Both the position numbers and the translations under genes were made by a program. The notes under the pieces were generated by a model. It ran no database searches. It saw only the letters and a list, made by a program, of their open reading frames with translations, and was not told where the DNA came from. A DNA stretch of 53,257 bases from Candidatus Vogelbacteria bacterium (GTDB lineage: Bacteria > Patescibacteriota > Minisyncoccia > Phycocordibacterales > JACOZG01), in NCBI GenBank assembly GCA_016181465.1, contig JACOZG010000021.1, positions 1 to 53,257 on the forward strand. The letters are read 5' to 3'. Of the stretch, positions 1 to 8,754 are shown piece after piece (position 1 is the first letter of the stretch; each line of letters opens with the position of its first letter).

Positions 1-245
1 AAACACTCCGTTACCAGAGTGCCAATGAGATAGCGAGAGAGTATGGTATTCTTAGAGGTCATTACTAACCGGGTTGCATTTCACCCCATAATTTACAAAC
101 TTGAAACTACTGATAACACTAGCGTGACAGACGCTACCTAGTCAACTGCACTGCCCCTCCTGAACAAAATCCGAACTTTTTACCAAACCAATCCGAGCGA
201 GGACTAATCTGTATGTGCTTGCCCCACCCGCCCTGTCCGCGCACA

Positions 246-289
246 AATCCCCGCCGTTTTTTATGAGATATTATAAAACGGCGGGGATT
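246..289. terminator. Hairpin with 15-bp perfect stem just 3' of the 297..833 gene
   Basis: 246-260 AATCCCCGCCGTTTT is the exact reverse complement of 275-289 AAAACGGCGGGGATT, with a 14-nt loop. Confidence 0.55.
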
Positions 290-296
290 ACTCCCT

Positions 297-833
297 TCAA
301 ACCAAATCTAGGGGCATAAATCTCCAATTCTGGTTTTGATTTGATTTCTCGCCATCCTTATTCACAAAATTCAAGACTGTTTCAAGATCAGAAACCGCAA
401 AAGGATATTTGAATCCTGGTTTATCAAAACATATATATTGGTCGCTTGGTTCTCTTTGAACAATAAATGAATGGGCCATCTCCTCAGTCTGTACATCAAG
501 AATTTGACCAACGTAATCTTTCCCGATTTCACAATTCTCATTAGCAAATAAAAAAAGAGACTCTAAGGTTTTTACAGGAGTAAACGGGATATTAGAAATA
601 CTTCGAGCTGTTTCGCCAAAAGTAAAGTCGGCACCGGCATCTTTTTGCATCCGTGCGTCTGAAATCATCTCTTCCAAAGATATTTTTCCGATTACATACA
701 AAACAAATTTATGGCAATTAACGTCTCCGACTTTATCGGCTGGTATTGGAGGGATAGTGTTCCAGTTACCCAACGAATCTTTTTTAAGAAATTTATCTAC
801 CCTGATTTCGATGTGTCCGTTTTTGATTTTCAT
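297..833 (-). CDS. Hypothetical protein (178 aa)
   Basis: Long ORF with a 4-nt overlap with the upstream same-strand ORF 830..1159. No family motif recognised by eye. AT-richer than the housekeeping genes. Confidence 0.55.
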   Translation of the reverse strand: MKIKNGHIEIRVDKFLKKDSLGNWNTIPPIPADKVGDVNCHKFVLYVIGKISLEEMISDARMQKDAGADFTFGETARSISNIPFTPVKTLESLFLFANENCEIGKDYVGQILDVQTEEMAHSFIVQREPSDQYICFDKPGFKYPFAVSDLETVLNFVNKDGEKSNQNQNWRFMPLDLV

Positions 834-1159
834 AAATCTTCGAGTGGGTAAATATCAAAAGCAACTTCTTCGTATGGGTGAACCGCTTTCACTTTCTCAA
901 TGACTTTCTTCAAAACCTCTCGCGGCACTATCGCCTCAATTCTTTCTTCCTCTACTGCTTCATATTTTCCCGCTTCACCAATAGCTGGATTTGTCTTTTC
1001 ATTTCCGCGAAAGCGACCGGTGCCACGAGAGGAAAATGAACAGAAATCATAGTTGCCGATTTTGCCTGCTCCGGCTTCGCCGAGCGCTTGGCGTACGGTA
1101 TCAGCATGAGAAAGCGGAACAAAGACGACAAATTTTACATTTTTTGTTGTCATATCCAT
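830..1159 (-). CDS. Stand-alone NIF3/YqfO-type insert (PII-like) domain protein
   Basis: 109 aa. The pattern VFVP.SH...V..AL.EAGAGKIGNY..CSF...GTG.F.....NP.IG......EE.RIE......HPYEEVA.D.Y matches the insert domain of NIF3/YqfO (DUF34) proteins. Confidence 0.65.
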   Translation of the reverse strand: MDMTTKNVKFVVFVPLSHADTVRQALGEAGAGKIGNYDFCSFSSRGTGRFRGNEKTNPAIGEAGKYEAVEEERIEAIVPREVLKKVIEKVKAVHPYEEVAFDIYPLEDL

Positions 1160-1749
1160 TTATTTTCTTCAAGAAAGTTTTTTACTTTATCAAAAATCTT
1201 TTTGTGTCCCGTAGTATTAGGATGGAGGCCATCTTCAAAATCTTCTTTATTTAGAAGGCCAAAAATATCTAAATATGGAATGTTATTTTCTTGGCAAACG
1301 CTTTTCATCACTTCATCGTACTTTTTTATTTCCGCATTAACATAGTAAATATCTTTCCATGACACTGGCATTGTTTTTGTCTCATCAACATTCTTAAACC
1401 CAATAAAAATTATATTCGGAGTGATATTTTTGGCCTTCCTGATTATTTCCTCCAGATTTTGTCGGAATTGGTCTATGGAAATTTGATTAGGGCCATTTTT
1501 GCCTTTCAAATAAGGATCGTTGCCACCTGACTGGAAGATAATCGCGTCCGCCTCACGAATTTTTGCTTCGGACTCAAATCTTTCGAGTATGGTTTCTGTC
1601 GTCCCACCGGAAATACTTAGGTTGTAAATCTCACACTCGCCGTCGGTTTTCTCTCCAGTATAAAGCCAGAGACGATTTACCCAACCGCCTTTTTCCATGT
1701 CCCAAGCGCCCCACGCAGTGCTATCTCCAAATACACAAATTGATTTCAT
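1150..1749 (-). CDS. SGNH/GDSL-family hydrolase
   Basis: Block I is VFGDST, block III is GGND and block V is DGLHPNTTGH. The ORF-track start at 1830 runs through tRNA-Gln, so the start was moved to ATG 1749 (MKSICVFGDS). Confidence 0.85.
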   Translation of the reverse strand: MKSICVFGDSTAWGAWDMEKGGWVNRLWLYTGEKTDGECEIYNLSISGGTTETILERFESEAKIREADAIIFQSGGNDPYLKGKNGPNQISIDQFRQNLEEIIRKAKNITPNIIFIGFKNVDETKTMPVSWKDIYYVNAEIKKYDEVMKSVCQENNIPYLDIFGLLNKEDFEDGLHPNTTGHKKIFDKVKNFLEENKWI

Positions 1750-1751
1750 AA

Positions 1752-1822
1752 CTGCCCGGCAGGGACTCGAACCCCAATTTCGACGTTCAGAGCGTCGCGT
1801 CCTACCTTTAGACGACCGGGCA
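1752..1822 (-). tRNA. tRNA-Gln (anticodon CUG)
   Basis: The reverse complement reads TGCCCGG..CGACG-CTCTGAA-CGTCG..TTCGAGT..CCGGGCA-G. It has U1:A72 and G73 as in bacterial tRNA-Gln, and anticodon loop CUCUGAA. Confidence 0.85.
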
Positions 1823-1826
1823 ATGA

Positions 1827-3437
1827 TCAATGGCTATTAGCCAAAGGATGCGGTGTAAGCGGCCGCGATTTGAATTCCGGATGGAATTGCGTGCCGAGGA
1901 AAAACGGGTGCGTCTCGGACGGCAATTCCATAATTTCCATCAGTCGTCCGTCCGGCGACCGGCCGGAAAAAATCATACCCTTTTCCTCAAACTTGGCAAT
2001 GTGAAGCGGATTAACCTCGTAGCGATGACGGTGGCGCTCGCTAACCCGTTGAACGCCGTAAGCCGCGGCGGCGATCGTCCCCTTTCTTAATTTCGCCGGA
2101 TAGGCCCCGAGCCGCATGGTCGCGCCGTAATTCTTGTCTTGCAAATTTTTTTTCTGCTCGGGCATCAGATCAATCACCGGGTGCTTGGACTCGGCATTGA
2201 TCTCGGTCGTATGCGCGTCTGGCCAGCCGAGCGCCTCGCGGGCGTACTCCACCACCGCCAACTGCATCCCATAACAGAGACCGAGATAAGGGATGAGTGA
2301 CTGACGAACAAAGCTGATAGCCTTGATCTTGCCCTCGACTCCGCGCCCGCCAAAACCGCCCGGAACCAGAATGCCGTCATAGGCCGCCAGTTCTTCGAGA
2401 CGCCCGGCGCTCTCTTCGTAATCAACGGCGTCCAGCCACTCAATAGAGAGACGTTTAGCCAGTGAGGCGGCGGCGTGCTTCAAGGCCTCAATGACCGAGA
2501 TGTAAACATCGGCCAAGACATAGTCGCCGGTCTTAAAATATTTTCCGACGATGCCGATCCGCACCGGCTCGACAGCTTTTTTATAGCCCTCAACCATCTT
2601 CCGCCAATCATTCAAGTTTCGCTGCCGGGCCTTAAGTTTCAGCAAACCGAGCAGAGTGTCGCTCAAACCGTCCTTTTCAAAATTTATGGGAATCTCGTAA
2701 ATATTATCCACATCCGGCGCGGAAATGATGCTCGCCGGGCGAACATTGCTGGCAAAAGCCAATTTCTCTTTCCGTTTAGCGTCAAGCGGACGATCGCTCC
2801 GAGCAATGATAATATCCGGATGAACGCCGTAAGAATTGAGCGTCCGCACCGCGTACTGGGTGGGTTTAGTCTTCATCTCTCCGACTTTATGCGGGATCGG
2901 CAAAAAACTGACGAGAACGAAAATGACATTGTCGGGATAACGTAATTTCAGAATCCGCGCCGCCTCGATAAAAATCATGTTCTGATACTCGCCGGCCGTG
3001 CCGCCGATCTCGATCACGGAAATATCAGCCCGGCTTCTGTCCGTCGCCCGCTTGATCCGCCGCAAAATCTCTTCGGAAATATACGGCACCGGATCCACGC
3101 ACTTGCCGCCGTAACCGAGCGCCCGCTCTTTATCAATCACATATTTATAAACCATGCCGCTCGTCATATAATTTTCCGGCGGGATGCTCTCGCCCAAAAA
3201 TCGTTCGTAATTGCCCATATCCTGATCACATTCAAGACCCGAATCAAGCACAAAAACTTCGCCGTGCTCAATCGGATTCATTGTGCCGGCGTCAACATTA
3301 AGATACGGATCAATTTTCATCAAGTTGAGTTTGAAACCGCGGGCCGCGAGGATCTTACCGACCGCCGAAACCGTCACCCCCTTGCCCACGCCAGACATCA
3401 CTCCGCCGATGACGAAAATGTATTTGTGCTTTTTCAC
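1827..3437 (-). CDS. pyrG: CTP synthase
   Basis: 536 aa. The N-terminus KYIFVIGGVMSGVGKG..KIDPYLNVDAGTMNP..HGEVFV..DG.E.D.D.G.YERF and the C-terminal glutamine amidotransferase motifs (GLCYGMQ, FHPEF) are present. Confidence 0.97.
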   Translation of the reverse strand: MKKHKYIFVIGGVMSGVGKGVTVSAVGKILAARGFKLNLMKIDPYLNVDAGTMNPIEHGEVFVLDSGLECDQDMGNYERFLGESIPPENYMTSGMVYKYVIDKERALGYGGKCVDPVPYISEEILRRIKRATDRSRADISVIEIGGTAGEYQNMIFIEAARILKLRYPDNVIFVLVSFLPIPHKVGEMKTKPTQYAVRTLNSYGVHPDIIIARSDRPLDAKRKEKLAFASNVRPASIISAPDVDNIYEIPINFEKDGLSDTLLGLLKLKARQRNLNDWRKMVEGYKKAVEPVRIGIVGKYFKTGDYVLADVYISVIEALKHAAASLAKRLSIEWLDAVDYEESAGRLEELAAYDGILVPGGFGGRGVEGKIKAISFVRQSLIPYLGLCYGMQLAVVEYAREALGWPDAHTTEINAESKHPVIDLMPEQKKNLQDKNYGATMRLGAYPAKLRKGTIAAAAYGVQRVSERHRHRYEVNPLHIAKFEEKGMIFSGRSPDGRLMEIMELPSETHPFFLGTQFHPEFKSRPLTPHPLANSH

Positions 3438-3446
3438 GATCGGGCG

Positions 3447-4364
3447 CTAAACCTTAAGATATTTGCGCACCGCCCAACTGCTGGCAATCACGCTCAAAAT
3501 CAGGCCAAAACCGAGGATGAGAAAAAAGAGGGTGGAAAAATGATTGAGGTAGTAACTCACCAGATCAAAACGATCGGGAAAAGCGGCCGTGGCCTGCCGC
3601 ACCCAAATCGTTGCCGGATAAAGAAACATGACCGCCAGAAGCGAAGCCAAGAGGCCGGCGATCGCCCCCTCAATAATGAATGGGCCGCGGATATAGCGGT
3701 TGTCGGCGCCGACGAGACGCATGACCGCGATCTCTTCGCGCGAGACATGGATGGCGAGCGAAACGGTGCTGAAAACGGCGAGAACGGCGATGAGAATCAA
3801 AACCAGAGCGATGGCTGAACCGATCCTTCTAACGGCGGCTGTAAAAGCAATAAAAAGATCGATGTCTAATTTTCGATAATTTATATCATAGATAAATTTA
3901 TCTTCCTCGGTCGCGCTTAACGCATTATCGGCTTTCAAAAAACTGGCGATATTTTCGTAATGACTCGGGTCAATGGCTTTAATGTTTAACCTGGCGCCTA
4001 AGGGATTGGGTATTTCCTCCAATGACTGTATAATGATTGAGTTATCGGCGTTGCGTTCCCGAAAATCGATTATTTCTGCCTCGCGTGAACTATAGCTGAC
4101 CTCTTTAACGCCCGATAAAGATTCGATTTGTTTTTTAAAAGTCAAAACTTCAGATTCCGCAACATCGGGGTAAAAAGAGACGCTAATATCCACTTTCTCT
4201 TTTAGAGTCTCGAGTGAAGAATTAAGGAGAGCCTGGCCCAAATAGAGTCCGCCGATCACAAATAAGGCGACGGTCAAGACCACTACCGACGAGAGCGCCA
4301 CCACGCCGCTCCGCCAGAAATTTATAAAGCCCGACTTGATGATGCGTTTGGTATTGACGAGCAT
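3447..4364 (-). CDS. ftsX: Cell division permease FtsX
   Basis: 305 aa with the FtsX layout: an N-terminal TM helix, an extracytoplasmic domain and three C-terminal TM helices (..MRLVGA....I..PF..EG). Its partner ftsE lies 1.5 kb upstream. Confidence 0.9.
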   Translation of the reverse strand: MLVNTKRIIKSGFINFWRSGVVALSSVVVLTVALFVIGGLYLGQALLNSSLETLKEKVDISVSFYPDVAESEVLTFKKQIESLSGVKEVSYSSREAEIIDFRERNADNSIIIQSLEEIPNPLGARLNIKAIDPSHYENIASFLKADNALSATEEDKFIYDINYRKLDIDLFIAFTAAVRRIGSAIALVLILIAVLAVFSTVSLAIHVSREEIAVMRLVGADNRYIRGPFIIEGAIAGLLASLLAVMFLYPATIWVRQATAAFPDRFDLVSYYLNHFSTLFFLILGFGLILSVIASSWAVRKYLKV

Positions 4365-4373
4365 GATGTTTAG

Positions 4374-4415
4374 ATTATAGATATTTATTATAGCACAAGT
4401 ATTGTGGATAAATAA
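4374..4415 (-). promoter_or_regulatory. Candidate ftsX promoter (two TATAAT boxes)
   Basis: On the minus strand, TATAAT occurs at 4379-4374 and 4392-4387, which is 9 and 22 nt upstream of the ftsX ATG. Only a weak -35 (TTATTT) is present. Confidence 0.35.
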
Positions 4416-4501
4416 CTTGACTTCTTACTAGACCCTTGATAACCTTAAGATACAAACGGCTTCGGCCTGCCCTCGCCTTAAAAAGCGGGGGAAAATTATT
4501 T

Positions 4502-4906
4502 TTATTTGTTCCTGGTAGGGAAACAGACCTCAGTGATCTGGACTGTTAACTTTTGAAAAGTAGACTCATTAAGTGTAGCGATTTTCTTAGCCAGTCGCTT
4601 GCGATCAATAAAACGAATCTGGGAGAGGACCGCCACGGCATCGCGACCGGTTATATTTCCGACTGGAAAGTAATACTTGCCTTTCTTTAATCGAGCCGTG
4701 AGCGGAACAACCAGGCAAACATCAAGATTGAATTTCGTGAGGATCAACACTGGTCGAGTAAATAACTCGCCGCTGCCATCCTGCTCAAAACCAACATTCG
4801 CTCCCAGTGCACACCACCAGATCTCTCGTTCTTGGAATAACGCTTGCCCCGACTTTTCATGAAGATCAGATTTTAATTGGTGCCACCTCTGAAAATCCTT
4901 TTTCAT
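4502..4906 (-). CDS. PemK/MazF-family toxin-like protein with no adjacent antitoxin ORF
   Basis: 134 aa. The segments EIWWCALGANVGFEQDG....RPVLIL and ..VLSQIRFIDRKRL resemble the MazF/PemK fold family. There is no small ORF directly upstream or downstream. Confidence 0.65.
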   Translation of the reverse strand: MKKDFQRWHQLKSDLHEKSGQALFQEREIWWCALGANVGFEQDGSGELFTRPVLILTKFNLDVCLVVPLTARLKKGKYYFPVGNITGRDAVAVLSQIRFIDRKRLAKKIATLNESTFQKLTVQITEVCFPTRNK

Positions 4907-4926
4907 AAATTAATACCTTTAGAGCA

Positions 4927-5478
4927 TTATTTCACAAACCGGAAGGTGGAGAGAACAGAATTTGAAACGTTATGACTAGATTCTTCAATTGTAAGACGGT
5001 AATTAGAAGGTGTTTCAACATAGAATGTTTTAGTTGTAGTGAATCTACCTTCCACTTTGTCTTCTATAAATTTAGCTTTGTAACCATTCAAAATAGTGTT
5101 TTGGAGATAAAAATCCTGTCTATAGTATTGCGCCTGATCGCCAAAAGAGATCATTAGCTGGTACTCTGGATTAGAGACGCTAACAAAACCGTTCATTGAG
5201 TTATCGAAGGTATAACCAATTGGGTATTTAAACTCAAACCCATACTCATCATTTCGGTAAGTTTTCCAGTCAGCGGTGGCGAGATCGGCAGTCGGGGCAG
5301 GAGCGGTGGTGAAAGAGTCAACATCTGGGGAAGTCGGACCCGCCTCGCCGTCGGGCAGGCTTCCCCCAATTGGTGTCGAGGCTTGATTTTTCCAAACGGT
5401 ATAACCGCCGAGAGCTAAAACGGCAAGAAGGATAAGGATAATGAGGGCAACGGCCGAGAAACCTTGATTTTTTGTCAT
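4927..5478 (-). CDS. Membrane-anchored or secreted hypothetical protein
   Basis: 183 aa with an N-terminal hydrophobic helix (AVALIILILLAVLALGG), then a Pro/Thr/Ala linker and a beta-rich domain (WKTYRNDEYGFEFKYP). Confidence 0.65.
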   Translation of the reverse strand: MTKNQGFSAVALIILILLAVLALGGYTVWKNQASTPIGGSLPDGEAGPTSPDVDSFTTAPAPTADLATADWKTYRNDEYGFEFKYPIGYTFDNSMNGFVSVSNPEYQLMISFGDQAQYYRQDFYLQNTILNGYKAKFIEDKVEGRFTTTKTFYVETPSNYRLTIEESSHNVSNSVLSTFRFVK

Positions 5479-5496
5479 AGTTATTGTTCTCTTATT

Positions 5497-5613
5497 TTAA
5501 GAAACCTGATCATGAGTTCCAACATCGGTGTAAAACACAGTGTTCCCGCCGAGAAACATGAAGGTAACCCGATATGAATAATCTACCCAGTACGCCCACT
5601 CATTTTCTAACAT
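5497..5613 (-). pseudogene. C-terminal fragment of a RelE/YafQ-type toxin (38 codons)
   Basis: My own translation gives MLENEWAYWVDYSYRVTFMFLGGNTVFYTDVGTHDQVS*. The ..YR(V/L)....G......VGTH(S/D).. end resembles RelE/YafQ C-termini. The N-terminal half of the fold is missing. Confidence 0.45.
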
Positions 5614-5614
5614 T

Positions 5615-5815
5615 CTACATTAAATCAGCCACGGATTTAATTTTTCTAGTTTTGCCAGCGAGATATTCTTTCAAACTTTGTTCCACTCGTCGGTCGAGCT
5701 TTCGAGCCGATTTCCCCTTCAAGTAATAATGAGGCAAACGGGTCATCGCTTCATAAGCCGAGGCCTTTTTCTTCAGTTCGCGGTATTCAAATTTTGGTAA
5801 AGTGATTGTGGACAT
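5615..5815 (-). CDS. Small antitoxin-like protein (66 aa)
   Basis: Small charged ORF directly upstream of the RelE-like fragment, with the two reading frames 1 nt apart. This position is typical of a type II antitoxin. No motif was recognised. Confidence 0.45.
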   Translation of the reverse strand: MSTITLPKFEYRELKKKASAYEAMTRLPHYYLKGKSARKLDRRVEQSLKEYLAGKTRKIKSVADLM

Positions 5816-5842
5816 ATTTTCATCTTATCACATCTTACTGAA

Positions 5843-6523
5843 TTATAGAACATACCGTCCCTGCTTGTCATCCCGCGTCAGGCGGCCGTTTTCAAGGGTG
5901 ATCACCCGCCGGCCGATAGAATCAACCACCGCCTTATTATGGGTGGTCAAAATCACGGTCGTGCCCAAATCATTGATTTTTTTGAAAATTTGCACGACCT
6001 CGAGGGTATTCACCGGATCCAAATTGCCGGTCGGTTCGTCGGCAATCAAGATGTCCGGCTGATTGACGATCGCCCGGGCGATCGCCACGCGCTGTTTCTC
6101 CCCGCCCGAAAGCTCGCGAGGAAAATTCCAGAGCTTGTCCGTGAGCCCCACCAGCTCCAGCACATGCGGCACATCAGAACTAATGTCCGCGTCGTCGCGG
6201 CCGGCGGCCTCCATAGTGAAAGCGATATTCTCAAAGACTGTCTTGTTCGGCAGGAGCCGATAATCCTGAAAGACCGAGCCGATTTTCCGCCGCAGACGAT
6301 GGAGATGCTGACGGCCGAGCGCCTGGAGGTCGGTGGAATCTAGATAAACCGCGCCCGAGGTCGGTTGCTCCTCGACCAGAATCATCTTGAGCACAGTCGT
6401 CTTGCCGGCGCCGGAATGACCGACTATAGACAAGAACTCGCCGCGTTCGACCGAGAAAGTTATCTGGTCAAGCGCCAGCGACCGATCCGGGTAAATTTTA
6501 GTCACTCGATCGAAGAAAATCAT
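5843..6523 (-). CDS. ftsE: Cell division ATP-binding protein FtsE
   Basis: 226 aa with Walker A GHSGAGKTT, ABC signature LSGGEKQR and Walker B ILIADEPTGNLD. It has a 4-nt overlap with prfB upstream. Confidence 0.95.
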   Translation of the reverse strand: MIFFDRVTKIYPDRSLALDQITFSVERGEFLSIVGHSGAGKTTVLKMILVEEQPTSGAVYLDSTDLQALGRQHLHRLRRKIGSVFQDYRLLPNKTVFENIAFTMEAAGRDDADISSDVPHVLELVGLTDKLWNFPRELSGGEKQRVAIARAIVNQPDILIADEPTGNLDPVNTLEVVQIFKKINDLGTTVILTTHNKAVVDSIGRRVITLENGRLTRDDKQGRYVL

Positions 6524-7419
6524 TTCAAATTTTTTTCCGCTTCAATAAAATTATCGAGATCGCCGGCCAAGACCTCATCAACCCGGCTGGTCTCGACCTC
6601 GGTTCGATGATCCTTCACTAATTTGTAAGGGTGGAAGACATAAGAACGGATCTGACTGCCCCATTCGATCTCCGTCGTTTTGCCGAGAGACAGGCCCGCG
6701 GCCTTGGCTTCTCGTTCGGCCTCTTGCCGTTTGTAAAGCTTACCTTTCAAGATCGCGATCGCTCGCTCCTTATTCCGTTCCTGCGACCGTTCGGACTCGG
6801 CGTGAGCGGCCAGACCGGTCGGCAAATGGACCACGCGCACGGCCGTTTCGCGCTTGTTGACATTCTGGCCGCCGGGACCCGAGGCGCGCGAAAATTCTAT
6901 TTTCAAATCACCGGGGCTGATCATGATGGCCTGATTTTTCTCAAATTTAGGAATGACCTCGACGAGCGAAAACGAAGTGTGGCGAAGTTTTTTCGCCGAG
7001 AACGGCGAAATCCGAACGAGCCGGTGCACGCCCGACTCGTTCTTTAATATACCATAACTACCCTGACCGCGCACTTCAAAAGTGATGTTGCGGAAACCGC
7101 CATGGTCATTCTCGTTCTGGTGGATCAAGAAAACGGGGAACTGGCGCCGGGCGGCAAACTTGAGATACATCTCGTATAAGATGCGCGACCAGTCCTCGGC
7201 GTCGTCGCCGCCGGCGCCGGAAAAAATCGTGATCACGGCATCGCTGGCATCGTATTCGGCCGCCGGCCCGCCGGCCAGAAGGGCTTTCAGCTGTTTGTGT
7301 TCTTCAATGATCGCTTGCGCCCGCATTTTATCGGACCAAAAATCCGGCGCCTGCATCTGACGTTCCAATTCGGTGATTTCCCCCTTGATTCCTCCATTCT
7401 TTATCTTCCCTCTTATCAT
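6520..7419 (-). CDS. prfB: Peptide chain release factor 2
   Basis: The RF2-specific SPF tripeptide (RISPFSAKK) and the GGQ motif (SGPGGQNVNK) are present. The ORF-track start at 7485 lies upstream of a TATAAT box, so ATG 7419 (MIRGK..) is preferred. The start is uncertain. Confidence 0.88.
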   Translation of the reverse strand: MIRGKIKNGGIKGEITELERQMQAPDFWSDKMRAQAIIEEHKQLKALLAGGPAAEYDASDAVITIFSGAGGDDAEDWSRILYEMYLKFAARRQFPVFLIHQNENDHGGFRNITFEVRGQGSYGILKNESGVHRLVRISPFSAKKLRHTSFSLVEVIPKFEKNQAIMISPGDLKIEFSRASGPGGQNVNKRETAVRVVHLPTGLAAHAESERSQERNKERAIAILKGKLYKRQEAEREAKAAGLSLGKTTEIEWGSQIRSYVFHPYKLVKDHRTEVETSRVDEVLAGDLDNFIEAEKNLK

Positions 7420-7530
7420 CCAAACATTATAGCGAAGGAAATGCGAATTGGTAAACCATAGAGGGCGTGGTAAAATTAAAAACATGAAAAATCATAAACA
7501 TGCGGATGGTTCACAAAAATACTACGGGTT

Positions 7531-7956
7531 GTGGCTTCTTTTGCCTTTCTTATAATTGGGGGTTTTTTATTACTAAATATAATTGTTGTTGGGTTTTTGC
7601 TTGCTTTTAGGATTAAACCGATTGCTAACTTTCTCGCTTTACTTCCTGAAACCTCATTCGATATTTTAAATACTTGGTTAGATGTGTTAATTGCGACTTT
7701 GTTACTTCCCTTGTTACCAGCAATAACTTCTCGATTACTATACCCCGTTCGCATTAGAAAAACATGGTTTTATTCTATAATCCCCGTGGCTATTTCCGTC
7801 ATTGCATATAATTTTTTTCCAAAGTCTTGGTGGTTAATGCTTTTATTGTCAACGACTGCGGTCGGATTTATTATTGGTAGATTGATTGACAAAAAAGAAC
7901 AAGGGAAAATTATCGCCGATACAAATTGGAATCTTGAAGCCGAGACCCGGGCTTGA
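7531..7956 (+). CDS. Hypothetical multi-pass membrane protein
   Basis: 141 aa with about 4 hydrophobic helices in an AT-rich segment. Its 3' end overlaps tRNA-Thr by 19 nt, so the true end and the reality of the gene are uncertain. Confidence 0.45.
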   Translation: MASFAFLIIGGFLLLNIIVVGFLLAFRIKPIANFLALLPETSFDILNTWLDVLIATLLLPLLPAITSRLLYPVRIRKTWFYSIIPVAISVIAYNFFPKSWWLMLLLSTTAVGFIIGRLIDKKEQGKIIADTNWNLEAETRA

Positions 7957-8010
7957 ACCGGGGACCTGCGGTTTACGATACCGCCGCTCTACCAGCTGAG
8001 CTATCTCGGC
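7938..8010 (-). tRNA. tRNA-Thr (anticodon CGU)
   Basis: The reverse complement reads GCCGAGA-TA-GCTCAGCTGGTAGAGC..GCGGT-ATCGTAA-ACCGC..GGTTCAAGCCC..TCTCGGC-T, a 73-nt cloverleaf. Confidence 0.9.
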
Positions 8011-8456
8011 CTACTAGCGAACAATAAACGACCCTCCTTTACCCTTTTACTCAAAACTCTATTCTTTCTACCATTTCCGCGGTTAAGCCCAGCGTATGTG
8101 GGAGTCAAAGCATCACAATTTGGACAAATTAAACGAAGGTTGGCTTCAATATTATTTCGCCAGTTACCATCAATGTGATCAGCAACCAATGGAACCTCAC
8201 CAGTCTTGAAATTGATCTTTGACCATCCGCACAAACAACACCTGTTTCCAAACTTTCCTCGTAAATACCGTTTGATGTAGGACGAGACCGTACCGATACT
8301 TTGCAACCCGCTCGTTTCCCCAGCTCTCCATTTTCTAATGTACAACCGATGTTGGAATTTAATCTGACATACATTACTGCAATATTTATATTGTGCACGC
8401 GCCGGTTCTTTACCACAAGTTAAACACCTTCTTCTAGACATCTTGGGTACTGGCAT
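8001..8456 (-). CDS. HNH endonuclease
   Basis: 151 aa. It has Cys-rich zinc-ribbon pairs (CLTCG, CCLCGW) and the HNH core ADHIDGNWRNNIEANLRLICPNCDA. Its 3' end overlaps tRNA-Thr(CGU) by 10 nt. Confidence 0.85.
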   Translation of the reverse strand: MPVPKMSRRRCLTCGKEPARAQYKYCSNVCQIKFQHRLYIRKWRAGETSGLQSIGTVSSYIKRYLRGKFGNRCCLCGWSKINFKTGEVPLVADHIDGNWRNNIEANLRLICPNCDALTPTYAGLNRGNGRKNRVLSKRVKEGRLLFASRPR

Positions 8457-8536
8457 ATGACTAACTAATTGTATGTCTTATGACGACCAGTGTCAAAGGT
8501 AAAAATGGTTGGGCGAAATAAGATTCTGGCGCCGAA

Positions 8537-8609
8537 AGCCGTTGGGCGGGATTGAACCGCCGACCTCGCGCTTACCATGCGCGTGCTCTACCAACTGAGC
8601 TACAACGGC
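8537..8609 (-). tRNA. tRNA-Thr (anticodon GGU)
   Basis: The reverse complement reads GCCGTTG-TA-GCTCAGTTGGTAGAGC..CGCGC-ATGGTAA-GCGCG..GGTTCAATCCC..CAACGGC-T, 73 nt. Confidence 0.9.
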
Positions 8610-8651
8610 TTCCTCCATAATTTAACACGATTGTTAGAACTAGACAAAAAC

Positions 8652-8680
8652 TTGACAAAAATAACTGGATATGCTAACCT
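8652..8680 (+). promoter_or_regulatory. Sigma70-type promoter with extended -10
   Basis: TTGACA at 8652-8657 is followed by a 17-nt spacer and then TGcTAACCT (TG at 8672-8673, -10 at 8675-8680). Confidence 0.55.
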
Positions 8681-8754
8681 ATAATAGACGCTGGATTGTC
8701 GGTTGATGGTCAATCAGCAAAACCAGCTAAGGTCCTCAAAATGGAGGAAAAGCC

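Noticed and set aside
1-62. Possible start of a minus-strand gene running off the left edge (MTSKNTILSRYLIGTLVTEC..)
   Set aside because: Only 20 codons are visible, with no SD and no motif. This is insufficient to call.
1750-1830. N-terminal extension of the SGNH hydrolase ORF
   Set aside because: The extension is the antisense of tRNA-Gln. A clean ATG with the GDS block follows at 1749.
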